Assembly (NCBI GenBank): GCA_965224025.1
Contig: OZ245033.1
Coordinates: 864,001-928,000, forward strand
Reading direction: 5' to 3'
Source of the DNA: Candidatus Multivorans sp.
Lineage (GTDB): Bacteria > Acidobacteriota > Thermoanaerobaculia > Multivoradales > Multivoraceae
Length of the DNA stretch: 64,000 nucleotides
This document shows positions 37,183 through 46,339 of this stretch, in pieces. Made by a program: the position numbers and the translations under genes. Within the stretch, counting starts at the first letter, position 1. Each line of letters starts with the position of its first letter. The notes beneath the pieces are model-generated. The model searched no databases, was not told the DNA's origin, and saw nothing but the letters and a program-made list of their open reading frames with translations.

Positions 37183-38219
37183 GGGAACACCGGGGCGGCC
37201 TGGAGGCCGGTCGTTTCGGGGAGACCCAGCATGACGTTCATGTTCTGTACCGCCTGTCCGGCGGCCCCCTTGACCAGGTTGTCGATGGCCGAAAACACGA
37301 CCGCAAGGCCCCGTTCCCGGTCGACCCGGACCGCGATGTCGCAGTAGTTGGAACCGAGGGTCGCCTTCGTCTGCGGCAGGGCCGCATCAGTCAGCACGCG
37401 GACGAAGGGCTCACCGGCGTAGCGATCGAGGAACGCCGCCTCGAGTTCCTCCCGGCTCGGCGCGTCGACCATCGGCACGTAGCAGGCGGCGAGGATGCCC
37501 CGCGTCATCGGGGCGAGATGCGGCGAGAAGAAGACCTGGGCACCGGCGCCGCCGGTCGCCAACTCCTGCTCGATCTCCGGCTGGTGGCGATGAACACCCG
37601 AGCCGTAGGGCTTGAAGTTCTCGTTCAACTCCGAGTACTGGTAGCCGTCGCGAGGGTTCCTGCCCGCTCCCGAGACGCCGGACTTCGCGTCGATCACGAT
37701 CGCGCCGGTCACCCGGTCGCCGAAGTGTTCGAGCACCGGCTTGAGCGCCATCGACGACGCGGTCGGGTAGCAGCCCGGATTGGCGACCAGGCGCGCGCCC
37801 GCCACCGCGTCGCGATGCCACTCGGTGAGCCCGTAAACCGCCTCCGCAAGCAGGTCGGTCGCCGTGTGTTCCCTGCCGTAGCAGCGGCGGTACGACGCCG
37901 GGTCCCGGAGTCGGAAGTCGGCGCCGAGATCGATGACACGGGCGCCCGCCTCGAGCAGCCGGCCGGCGGCCGCCAGCGCCTCGCCGTGCGGCAGGGCCAG
38001 GAACACGACATCGGCGTCTCTGCCGAGACGATCCCAGTCGGTCGGGGCGAGGTCGCCCTCCGCCACGCCGCCGAGATGCGGGAAGACGGCCTCGACCGGC
38101 TGGCCGGCGCGGCGGCCCGCCGCAAGCGCACCGAGTTCCACGTCCGGGTGGTCGTGCAACCACCGGACCAGTTCCGCCCCGCTGTAGCCGGACGCCCCGG
38201 CGATCGCAGCCCGAATCAC
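37179..38219 (-). CDS. argC: N-acetyl-gamma-glutamyl-phosphate reductase
   Basis: 'GASGYSGAEL..ANPGCYPT..DNLVKGAAGQAVQNMN'. Confidence 0.95.
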   Translation of the reverse strand: MIRAAIAGASGYSGAELVRWLHDHPDVELGALAAGRRAGQPVEAVFPHLGGVAEGDLAPTDWDRLGRDADVVFLALPHGEALAAAGRLLEAGARVIDLGADFRLRDPASYRRCYGREHTATDLLAEAVYGLTEWHRDAVAGARLVANPGCYPTASSMALKPVLEHFGDRVTGAIVIDAKSGVSGAGRNPRDGYQYSELNENFKPYGSGVHRHQPEIEQELATGGAGAQVFFSPHLAPMTRGILAACYVPMVDAPSREELEAAFLDRYAGEPFVRVLTDAALPQTKATLGSNYCDIAVRVDRERGLAVVFSAIDNLVKGAAGQAVQNMNVMLGLPETTGLQAAPVFP

Positions 38220-38224
38220 AAGGC

Positions 38225-38262
38225 GGCGAATAATACACCACAATGGCGCACGATTACTCGCG
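38225..38262. promoter_or_regulatory. Tandem ARG boxes upstream of argC
   Basis: Cores CGAATAATACACCA (38227) and CGCACGATTACTCG (38247) have a 20-bp period and resemble TGMATAATTATKCA. Confidence 0.55.
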
Positions 38263-38267
38263 CGGAA

Positions 38268-39110
38268 TCAGAACGACCAACTGAGAACCGAGAACGGAAC
38301 GGCGAGAACCGAGACGACGAGCAGCACGAGCGCGACCAGCACTTCCCCGGGACTCTCCGGCTTGTCCGGGCTGTACAGGCTCGCCAGCAGGTAGCCGCCC
38401 GCCAGACCGCCGAGGTGAGCCCAATTGTCGATCCCCCGAAGCAACAGTCCGAACAGGACCAGCGGAATGGCCATGCCCAGCACCTGCCTCAGGAACATGC
38501 GGCTGCCGGTCCTCCGCGAGTAGCAGAGCAGCGCCCCCAGCCAACCGAACACCGCCGCCGAAGCGCCCAGGGTCACACCGCGATGCGTGAGCGGTACCCA
38601 CGGAGCGAAGATCGGCAGGGCGCTGGTGACCAGGAAACCCAACGCCGACGAGACCAGGTAGATGATCGCCGCCCGCCCGGTGCCGTAGAGACGCGCCATG
38701 GCCGGACCGAGCTGATACACCCAGTACATGTTGAAGCCGATGTGCAGCAGGCCGCCGTGCAGCCAGCCGGCGCTCAGGATCGTCCACCAGCGGCCGAACT
38801 CGAAGACGATGGGCGCCCCGCTCGCCCCGAGCCGGATAGCGACCTCGAAGTCGGGGGAGAGAAAGCCGAAACCCAGCCCAGTGTTGACCCGCCCCGGCGC
38901 CATCGCCAGCTCGAGCACGAAGATCACCACGCAGATGCCGATCACCACGGTCGAGAACGCGGCCTCGTTGCCGATGCGCTGCAGCACGCGGGAGAACCCG
39001 AACAGGCTGGGCCGGGCGCGGCCGCAGTTCCAGCAGCGCTCGTCCTGAACGCCGACCAACCGACCGCAGCCGGGGCACACGACGGAGCCTGACTGTTGGC
39101 GCTCAAACAT
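38268..39110 (-). CDS. Rhomboid intramembrane serine protease with N-terminal Zn ribbon
   Basis: 'HIGFNM', 'GASA', 'AHLGG', plus CxxC..CxxC. Confidence 0.92.
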   Translation of the reverse strand: MFERQQSGSVVCPGCGRLVGVQDERCWNCGRARPSLFGFSRVLQRIGNEAAFSTVVIGICVVIFVLELAMAPGRVNTGLGFGFLSPDFEVAIRLGASGAPIVFEFGRWWTILSAGWLHGGLLHIGFNMYWVYQLGPAMARLYGTGRAAIIYLVSSALGFLVTSALPIFAPWVPLTHRGVTLGASAAVFGWLGALLCYSRRTGSRMFLRQVLGMAIPLVLFGLLLRGIDNWAHLGGLAGGYLLASLYSPDKPESPGEVLVALVLLVVSVLAVPFSVLSWSF

Positions 39111-39415
39111 CAGAAGGGAATGTCGTCGTCGCCGCTCGATTTGTCGAAGCCGGAAGTCTCCTGGGAATCGGCCGCCGCGCCGCCTGAGTCCTCCGCCTCC
39201 TCCTCGATCGCTTCGACAATCTGCTGAACCTCTACCTCGGCCCGCCGGATCTTCTTCCGGCAGATCTCAAGCAATAGAGCGGCGCGCCCCAACTCCCTGC
39301 CCAGTTGGTCGATGTCGATCTCGTCGCCCTCGATGCGCCGGAGCACACTCTCGAGCTCCTCCATTGCCTGGCTGAAACTCTGTTCGCCCCCGCCGGCGGC
39401 GCCGTCTGCGCTCAT
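39110..39415 (-). CDS. xseB: Exodeoxyribonuclease VII small subunit
   Basis: 'SFSQAMEELESVLRRIE..' directly downstream of xseA. Confidence 0.9.
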   Translation of the reverse strand: MSADGAAGGGEQSFSQAMEELESVLRRIEGDEIDIDQLGRELGRAALLLEICRKKIRRAEVEVQQIVEAIEEEAEDSGGAAADSQETSGFDKSSGDDDIPF

Positions 39416-40746
39416 GTTCGCTCCTCCGTACTCAGCACCCTGCTGCGGATCGTGCCGCCCGAGACCTGGGTCCGCAGTTCGGCGTCTGCCGCTACATCGT
39501 CGACCCTTCGCACGAGACGGCCATCCACCCGCCGGGTCAGGCTGAAACCGCGCGCGAGCGTCCGCTCCGGCGAGAGTTGATCACACAGGCGCCCCTGAGC
39601 CTCCACTTGCACCGCCGCCCGGCGCACGGGCAGGAACGCGCCCCGCAGCAGCCGCGTCCGGCGTTCCTTCTCCTGCTTCCTGGCGTCGGCCAGGAGTCTC
39701 CGACTCGGGCCGGGCAGCCGCGTCGCCGCCGAGCGCAGGCGCTCTCCGACACGGAACACCGCGGTCTCCGCGCGTCGTCCCAGTGCTCGTAGCGTGTCGC
39801 GGACCGACCGCTCCGCGGCGGACAGCGTCCGCTCGGCTGACCGCGCCAGATCGCGCTCCAGCGCACGGCAGTGGGCGTCGGCCTCGCGGACGCGGCCGAC
39901 GAGAGTCTCGGCCGCCTCAGTGGGCGTCTTGCAGGTCGTGTGCGCGACCATGTCCGAAATCGACACGTCGGTCTGGTGGCCGACACCGCAGATAACGGGC
40001 ACGGGCGATTCGGCGACCGCGCGCGCCACGGAGCGACTGTCGAACGTCGCCAGATCGGCCCGCGACCCGCCGCCGCGGATCAGGGCGATTGCATCCAAAC
40101 GGCGGCCGCCGCGCGCGAAGGCGCTCAGCAACTCGAAGGCGCGGCCGATTTCCGCCTCGGCCGCAGCGCCCTGGACGGCCGAGTGGACCAGGGACACCCG
40201 AAAGCCGAACCCGGAGTTCTGGAGCGTGTCGAGGAAGTCGTGGTAGGCGGCGCTCCCCTCCGAGGTCACCAGGCCGATGTCGAACGGCGCCGCCGCCAGC
40301 GGCAACCGCTTGTTCAGTTCGAGCAACCCGGCCGCCTCGAGCGCACGGAGGGTCTCGCGGCGCCGCTTCTCCAGCGCGCCGAGCGAGAACAGGGGGTCGA
40401 TGTTGGCGACGACGAACTGGAACCTGCCCCCGCCGGGCCAGAAGTCGGGCCGGCCGGCGCAACGCAGGACGACGCCCTCCTCCAGGTCGACCCCCGCCTC
40501 CCGCAGCGCCGCCTCGACCCGGGGCCGATCGTCGCCCCAGACCACGCAATCCAGCTTGGCCTGGACCCGGTCTCTCCGCCCCTTCTCGATCAGCTCGAAG
40601 TAGAGCTGGCCCCGAGCGGCCACTCGGAGTCTCTGGACCTCGCCGGCGATCCACACCGACGGATAGGCGTCGCCGATGAGACCCTTCATCTCCCACGCGA
40701 ACTGGGAGACGGTGTACGTGCCGGCCGGGAGTTCGGAACCGAGCAA
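39412..40746 (-). CDS. xseA: Exodeoxyribonuclease VII large subunit
   Basis: OB-fold 'VWIAGEV', 'RGGGSRADL', 'GVGHQTD..TPT'. Confidence 0.92.
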   Translation of the reverse strand: MLGSELPAGTYTVSQFAWEMKGLIGDAYPSVWIAGEVQRLRVAARGQLYFELIEKGRRDRVQAKLDCVVWGDDRPRVEAALREAGVDLEEGVVLRCAGRPDFWPGGGRFQFVVANIDPLFSLGALEKRRRETLRALEAAGLLELNKRLPLAAAPFDIGLVTSEGSAAYHDFLDTLQNSGFGFRVSLVHSAVQGAAAEAEIGRAFELLSAFARGGRRLDAIALIRGGGSRADLATFDSRSVARAVAESPVPVICGVGHQTDVSISDMVAHTTCKTPTEAAETLVGRVREADAHCRALERDLARSAERTLSAAERSVRDTLRALGRRAETAVFRVGERLRSAATRLPGPSRRLLADARKQEKERRTRLLRGAFLPVRRAAVQVEAQGRLCDQLSPERTLARGFSLTRRVDGRLVRRVDDVAADAELRTQVSGGTIRSRVLSTEERT

Positions 40747-40750
40747 CAGC

Positions 40751-41299
40751 TCAGTGGAAGCCCTTGAGCTCGAGCACCGACTCCATGGGAATCGCTTCGG
40801 CCCAGTCGAGGGCGTTCTTGTCGCCGATCGTCAGCTTGTCCAGGAACTGTCGCGCCTCGTCACGGTGGGTGAACAGCCGCCAGATGAAGGTGTGGCCGGC
40901 CGGCGCGGTGAAGTACGTGTAGTTCCGCATCCCCTCGCTCAGATCGAAGCCGAGGTCCGATTCGCCGTTGACGCCGACGCAGGCCATCGCGATCGCCCGG
41001 TACGCGAGTGCGAGCGCCTTGAGCGGCTCCTCGAAGTCGGACAACTCCTCGCGCGACAGCGGCGAGTGGTAGAGGGCGACCCGCGAACCGTCCTCCTCGG
41101 CGAGCACGTTGTACGGCACGTCCGCCCGGTCGAGAGCGTCCCGCGTCTCGCTGGTCATCACGAAGACATCGTCCGTGTCCTCGACCTTGTACGCGATCGC
41201 GAAGGTCTCCGAATCCAGACCGGCGAACGACTCGGCAAGGATGCCCTCATCCTCGATCGTGAAGTAGTAGAGGCGCGAGATCATCCGACGGGTAGCCAT
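40751..41299 (-). CDS. Hypothetical protein
   Basis: 182-aa ORF with host-like codon use and a GGAG RBS, in an operon with xseA. Confidence 0.75.
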   Translation of the reverse strand: MATRRMISRLYYFTIEDEGILAESFAGLDSETFAIAYKVEDTDDVFVMTSETRDALDRADVPYNVLAEEDGSRVALYHSPLSREELSDFEEPLKALALAYRAIAMACVGVNGESDLGFDLSEGMRNYTYFTAPAGHTFIWRLFTHRDEARQFLDKLTIGDKNALDWAEAIPMESVLELKGFH

Positions 41300-41407
41300 G
41301 CGTATTCAACTCCTGGGTCGGCCGGAAGCGGCCGAGCGGCCGGAATCCTACCGGATTCGCGGCCCCGCCGGAGGGTTCCTGACGCGGTTCTTCGGCTCGG
41401 CCTTCCG

Positions 41408-42079
41408 TCAGGACTTCGAGCGCTCCTCAAGAAACCGTTCGAACTCCTCCCGCTCCTCCGGCGTCACATCTTCCAGGCCGATCAGGTACTCGCCACCGGC
41501 TTCCGGCAGCGGCGCCTGGATCAGAGTGACGGCGCGCTCGATCGCGTCGCAGTCGAGGCTGACCAGCACCAGGGCCATCTGCCGGCAGACAGTGAAGAGC
41601 TGCGTGCCCAACTCGCTCTCGATCCTCACCTGGGCCGCTTCCGGCATCCGCTCCGTCGTGATCCAGTAACCCTCCTCGGCCCGCCGCACGGTGACCCGGC
41701 CCTCCAGGTAGAGGGTCTGGCGCGGAACGGTCAGTTCCTGGCTCAGCCGGCTCTCCAGGCTGCCGATGGTGACTTCCGCGTCGATGCGGCCCGAACCGGC
41801 GATCTCCAGTTCGAGCGCGGTTTCGAACACGCCGTCGGGAGCGGGAGTCAGGGTCGCCGCGTGGTGGGTTACCGTCAGGGAGTGCTCGGGCGAGCGCAGC
41901 ATGACCTCGGCGGGGCCGATGTGCACCGGAACCAGATCGTCGATCAGGCGCTCGTAGACCCGGTTGAGACGCTCGAAGGACACCACGCGGGTTCCGGGCT
42001 CTTCCTGAGCCGCCGCCGGCCCGGACAGGAGCAACGGCGCCAGCACCGCCAGCGGCGGCACCGGCAGCAGAGCGCTCAT
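41408..42079 (-). CDS. Hypothetical secreted protein
   Basis: Signal peptide (AAAQ), ATGA-coupled to the VWA gene. Confidence 0.75.
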   Translation of the reverse strand: MSALLPVPPLAVLAPLLLSGPAAAQEEPGTRVVSFERLNRVYERLIDDLVPVHIGPAEVMLRSPEHSLTVTHHAATLTPAPDGVFETALELEIAGSGRIDAEVTIGSLESRLSQELTVPRQTLYLEGRVTVRRAEEGYWITTERMPEAAQVRIESELGTQLFTVCRQMALVLVSLDCDAIERAVTLIQAPLPEAGGEYLIGLEDVTPEEREEFERFLEERSKS

Positions 42080-44673
42080 GGGTAGTAGCCGCTGATCGTC
42101 CGCGCCTTGAACCGGCCCTTGACCTTCACCTCGACCTCGCGGTACTCGTCGCCGTCGCCGGCCCGGTTCGAGTTGTACGCCAGGAGGTACTGCGAGCGCA
42201 GTTCGCGCTCGATCTCGTCATAGACCGGCGCCAGATCCTCGGCCTTGGAGATGAAGAACGACCTGCCGCCGGTGACCTTGGCCAGGCCGCTCAGCTTGTT
42301 GCGCAGGATCATCTGGGTGCGGCCGATGCCCAGCCCGATCGCGTAGATCGCGACCGCCGAGCGCCGTGCGTAATCCTCGACGTCAGGAAACGAGACCGTG
42401 CTCGCCGTGTCTGCGCCGTCGGAGAGCAGGACCAGAGCGCGCCGGCCTCTGACGCCCCGGAAGTAGTACAGGCTGGTGATCAGCGCATCGTGCAATGCGG
42501 TGTTGCCGGCGGCGCGCAGATTCTCGATCGAGGAAGCGACCGCGCTGACGTCGGACGTCCGGCCGATCAGCAGCACCGGACGTGAGGCGAAGGCGACCGC
42601 GAAGGAACGGTCGCGCGGAGTGATCAGGTTGGCCAGAAACTGCGACGCCGTCCGGCGCGCCTCGCCGAGGGACGTTTCCATCGACCCCGAAGTATCGATC
42701 ACGACGCCCAGGGTGAGCGGCAGGTCCTCGACCAGTTCGAACTTCGCGAGCTCCTGCCGGCGCTTGTCTTCCATGACGGTGAAGTCGGTCTCTAGCAGCG
42801 TCGTCACCGGCCTGTTCGCACTGTCGACCACCGTCGTGTAGAGCTCGACCAGGTCGACGTCGACCGTGTCGGTGAACTCGGGAGCGTTCAGGAAGCGCAC
42901 GTCCTCCGCGCGGCTGCCATCGTCCAGCGTGGCGGCGACGGTGAGGTACACGAGCTCCTGATCGCCGGCCGCGGGCACATCGATCTCGGCACGCCACGGC
43001 GGTCTGCGCAGCACCGTCTGAACCTCTTCTCCGACCCGGAACTCGACCTCCTGAACCACGCGCTCCTCGGGCACGATGACCGTGGCGGCGGCATCCACCT
43101 TGCCCGTCACCCGAACACCCCGCCGCGGTTCGTTGATCAGCACCCGCAACTCGCCGCGCTGCTGGTTCAGCACCAGTTCGTCCGCACCCACGACTTCGCC
43201 GTTCTCGTCGAGCCCCTCGACCCGAACCACCTGCTCGGCCGGGTACTTCGCCAGCCGCACCTCGGCGGTGAACGGGGGCCGGCGGCGCGTGACCTGGAGC
43301 ACGCCGTCGACGACGAACCGCATCGCTGTGATCTCGCTCCCGGTCACCAGGGTCTCTGCCCGCCACAACCCGAGCACCACCTCGCTTTCGGGCGGCACCA
43401 GGACCACGCCGCTGTCCGCATCGAGCGTTGTCTCCGGCAGGTCCGCCACCAACTGCTCCGCCGCCAGGATGAGGCGGCGGCGGTCCTCCGAACTCGCCGG
43501 CTCCGTCTGCGGCGCCAGCGGCACCTCGACCGGCACCGCCCCGAAGGCCACGGCGCCGCCGATCTCGTCCCGCACCAGGAACCTCACCAGGACAACCGAA
43601 CCGGGACGCAGCAAGTGCTCCATCGGCAGCGCCAGCGACCGGTCCTCCGGCGGCGTGCCCGAGAGGAAGCGCACCCGGAAGGCATCGAAGATCCGGCCCG
43701 GCTGCTCGACCACGCCTTCCACGTTGATCCGGACCTGCTCTCTGCCGTCGTCGTCCACGAAGGGCTCGTACGCCGCGCCCGGCGGCAGCGAGAAGAGGAT
43801 CCTGGTCAGGATGCGCTGGCCGCTCCGCGCCGGGAAGGTGACGATCGGATCCTCGAGCTCCAGTGCGGGCGGCGCCGCCACTTGGTCGGCCGCGGCCGCC
43901 ACGGCCCAGGCATCCAGATCCTGCGGGGGCCGCAACCACGCATGGAGGCGAGCGGTCGACGGACGTTGCCGCCGGAAGTCGAACAGGCCCCAGACGCCTG
44001 TGGCCCGGTCGACCCGTCGCGCCTCCTCGCAGACCTGCAGGTCGAAACGGCGGGCTCGCAGGAGGCCCCGAAGCTCTTCGTACTGCTCGAGCCAGTACTC
44101 CATCTCGGGCATGTACAGAACCCGCTTCGAGTACTCGGGCAACCAGAGCTGGAACGCCTCGTTCGGCTTGGGCTGGAAGAGGACCAGGTTCTCGTGCTCG
44201 CCCTCCTCCGGCCCGTAACGCCAGATCTCAAGCGGCCGGAAAGTCTGATCGCAGTCGACCGGCTCGATGTCGTCCGGCGCCCCGTGCAGGAACAGCAACT
44301 GCGCGCGGACATCGAAGAACGGCGCACCCGTCTGACGGATCCGCCGCCGACGCTGCTCGATGCCCTCGGCTAGCTGGGCGCGGTTCAGGAAGGTCCCGAT
44401 GTACTCGCGCCGGGACGCCGGGTTGAGGTTCTGGACCCGGTGCAACTCAGCCGACGCCAGCAGGTACTGGGGTCCGTCGAGAAAGAACTCCCGCTCCTCG
44501 TCGCTCCACTCGGAGAGCCGCCAACCCACGTCCTGAGCGACCACCGTCGCCGGGACGAGGCAGGCGGCAACCAGAAGCAGCCGGCGGATCCGCGCCCCGA
44601 TTCCCCCCGGTTTCACCACGACATCCGGTACAGCATCCAGCGCCGCGGTGGCGTTGAGGGTGGACAGGTGCAT
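42076..44673 (-). CDS. GWxTD-like + Ig-like + acidobacterial VWA domain protein
   Basis: 'RAQLLFLHGAPD..EIWRY' and MIDAS 'DTSGSM..TALHDA..LSDGADT'. Start is uncertain. Confidence 0.85.
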   Translation of the reverse strand: MHLSTLNATAALDAVPDVVVKPGGIGARIRRLLLVAACLVPATVVAQDVGWRLSEWSDEEREFFLDGPQYLLASAELHRVQNLNPASRREYIGTFLNRAQLAEGIEQRRRRIRQTGAPFFDVRAQLLFLHGAPDDIEPVDCDQTFRPLEIWRYGPEEGEHENLVLFQPKPNEAFQLWLPEYSKRVLYMPEMEYWLEQYEELRGLLRARRFDLQVCEEARRVDRATGVWGLFDFRRQRPSTARLHAWLRPPQDLDAWAVAAAADQVAAPPALELEDPIVTFPARSGQRILTRILFSLPPGAAYEPFVDDDGREQVRINVEGVVEQPGRIFDAFRVRFLSGTPPEDRSLALPMEHLLRPGSVVLVRFLVRDEIGGAVAFGAVPVEVPLAPQTEPASSEDRRRLILAAEQLVADLPETTLDADSGVVLVPPESEVVLGLWRAETLVTGSEITAMRFVVDGVLQVTRRRPPFTAEVRLAKYPAEQVVRVEGLDENGEVVGADELVLNQQRGELRVLINEPRRGVRVTGKVDAAATVIVPEERVVQEVEFRVGEEVQTVLRRPPWRAEIDVPAAGDQELVYLTVAATLDDGSRAEDVRFLNAPEFTDTVDVDLVELYTTVVDSANRPVTTLLETDFTVMEDKRRQELAKFELVEDLPLTLGVVIDTSGSMETSLGEARRTASQFLANLITPRDRSFAVAFASRPVLLIGRTSDVSAVASSIENLRAAGNTALHDALITSLYYFRGVRGRRALVLLSDGADTASTVSFPDVEDYARRSAVAIYAIGLGIGRTQMILRNKLSGLAKVTGGRSFFISKAEDLAPVYDEIERELRSQYLLAYNSNRAGDGDEYREVEVKVKGRFKARTISGYYP

Positions 44674-44882
44674 CGGGCATGAGCTTAGCCGGGTTCACCG
44701 CACGGACCGTGCCGACTGAATGCGGTCGGGAACCCGCTCGTCTGTTGGACGGCATCGTCGACACCGCCGTACCTCATATCGACCGAGGTCCGCCCGCCGT
44801 TTTGCAACCATATCGTGGACGACTATCTCCTAGCACAGGAGTTCAGGCGCACCCCGAGCGTCGTCACACCATCGGCGAGATT

Positions 44883-44930
44883 GAGTTCCGGTCGCGACAC
44901 TAGGAGTTCCGGTCGCGACACTAGGAGTTC
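44883..44930. repeat. 21-bp tandem repeat (2.3 copies)
   Basis: GAGTTCCGGTCGCGACACTAG x2 plus GAGTTC. Confidence 0.85.
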
Positions 44931-44932
44931 GC

Positions 44933-45066
44933 CAGCGGTGCTCCGCTGCGCTGTCGCGCAGGGAACGAGGCGGCGCCCGGATGCGGGCAGGATGCCCGCG
45001 TTCCCAGGGGCTTGTTCCATGCAAGTAGGGACAGCGGTGGTCCGCTGCGCTGTCGCGCAGGGAACG
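44933..45066. repeat. 35-bp double-hairpin direct repeats flanking a REP palindrome
   Basis: CAGCGGTG(C/G)TCCGCTGCGCTGTCGCGCAGGGAACG at 44933 and 45032, with GCGGGC-AGGAT-GCCCGCGTTCCCAGG between them. Confidence 0.8.
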
Positions 45067-45295
45067 GGTGGTGGATTCTGCGGCCGTTGCAGGAGGCGTA
45101 GAGTTGGGTCGCGCTGGGCAGCGAGGCCGTCGGAGCACTGGTGTGTTTGCACCCGCAATGCAAGTTTGGCCCGGACCGTGATCGGCGTTCTGACGCTGGC
45201 GGCGCGGCTCTTGCCGCGACCCCGTATGCAAGAGTGACGTTTCCGCCGCGGTCTCTGTCCAGCGCGACCATTTGAATGGGGATTATATATTAGGC

Positions 45296-45324
45296 TTGAC
45301 ACGGGCGCTGATTTCCCGTAGTGT
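45296..45324 (+). promoter_or_regulatory. Transposase promoter of element B
   Basis: TTGACA-17 bp-TAGTGT, with the -35 box overlapping the inner TIR. Confidence 0.65.
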
Positions 45325-45352
45325 CTAGGGACACTGGACGGGAGATGAAACG

Positions 45353-46339
45353 ATGAAGCACAAGGCACCCGGCAAGGCTTACCGCAAGGGACTGACGTTC
45401 GTGCAACTGGCGCGGATGTTCCCCGATGAAGCAGCCGCGCGAGACTGGTTCGAGACGTACCTTTGGCCCGATGGAGTGAAGTGGTGCCCGAACTGCGGCG
45501 GCGACAACACGCACGCATGCAAGCACAAGCAGATGCCGTACCGCTGCCGCGACTGCAAGCGGTACTTCAGCGTCAAGACCGGCACGCTCATGGCTGGTTC
45601 GCCGTTGCCTCTGTTGACGTGGCTCTACGCGATCTACCTCGAACTCACATCGCTCAAGGGCGTATCGAGCATGAAACTGCACCGTGACCTAGGCGTCACT
45701 CAGAAGACCGCTTGGCACATGCTCCAGCGCATCCGCGAAGCGTTCGCCGCCGAAGGGCCGGAAGTCCGGTTCGACGGTCCCGCCGAAGTGGACGAGACGT
45801 ACTTCGGCGGTCTGCGGAAGAACATGCCGAAGTGGAAGCGTGCGGAGCTTGAAGGTCGCGGCACGGTCGGCAAGACCGCCGTGGTGGGCATCAAGGACCG
45901 CGAGACCAAGAAGGTCGCGGCGAAGGTGGTCCGCTCCACCGACGGCGAGACCCTACAGGCGTTCGTGCGCGAGCACGTCGAACCCGGCGCGATGGTGTAC
46001 AGCGACGATACCGGGGCGTACAGCGGTCTGACCGAGTACGAGCGTGGCACGGTGAAGCACTCGGTCGGCGAGTACGTGGACGGCAAGGTCCACACGAACT
46101 CGATCGAGAGCTTCTGGTCGATGCTCAAGCGGGCGCACAAGGGTGTGTTCCACAAGATCAGTCCGAAGCACCTGCAACGCTACGTCGATGAGTTCGCGGG
46201 TCGGCAGAACATCCGCGAGTACGACACGCTGGCGCAGATGGTCGCCGTCACGGAGGGACTCGCGGGCAAGCGGCTCCGCTATCGTGACCTGATCGCCGAC
46301 AACGGCCTGCCGTCGGGCGCGCGCGAGGCCGCCGCATGA
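45353..46339 (+). CDS. IS1595-family transposase
   Basis: CPNCG..YRCRDC, 'EVDETYFGG', 'VYSDD', 'HTNSIESFWSMLKR'. Close paralog of 25455-26453. Confidence 0.95.
   Translation: MKHKAPGKAYRKGLTFVQLARMFPDEAAARDWFETYLWPDGVKWCPNCGGDNTHACKHKQMPYRCRDCKRYFSVKTGTLMAGSPLPLLTWLYAIYLELTSLKGVSSMKLHRDLGVTQKTAWHMLQRIREAFAAEGPEVRFDGPAEVDETYFGGLRKNMPKWKRAELEGRGTVGKTAVVGIKDRETKKVAAKVVRSTDGETLQAFVREHVEPGAMVYSDDTGAYSGLTEYERGTVKHSVGEYVDGKVHTNSIESFWSMLKRAHKGVFHKISPKHLQRYVDEFAGRQNIREYDTLAQMVAVTEGLAGKRLRYRDLIADNGLPSGAREAAA

Noticed and set aside
44883-45066. Possible mini CRISPR array
   Set aside because: Only two 35-bp repeats with a 64-bp REP-containing spacer, the 21-mers have no spacers, and there are no cas genes in the window
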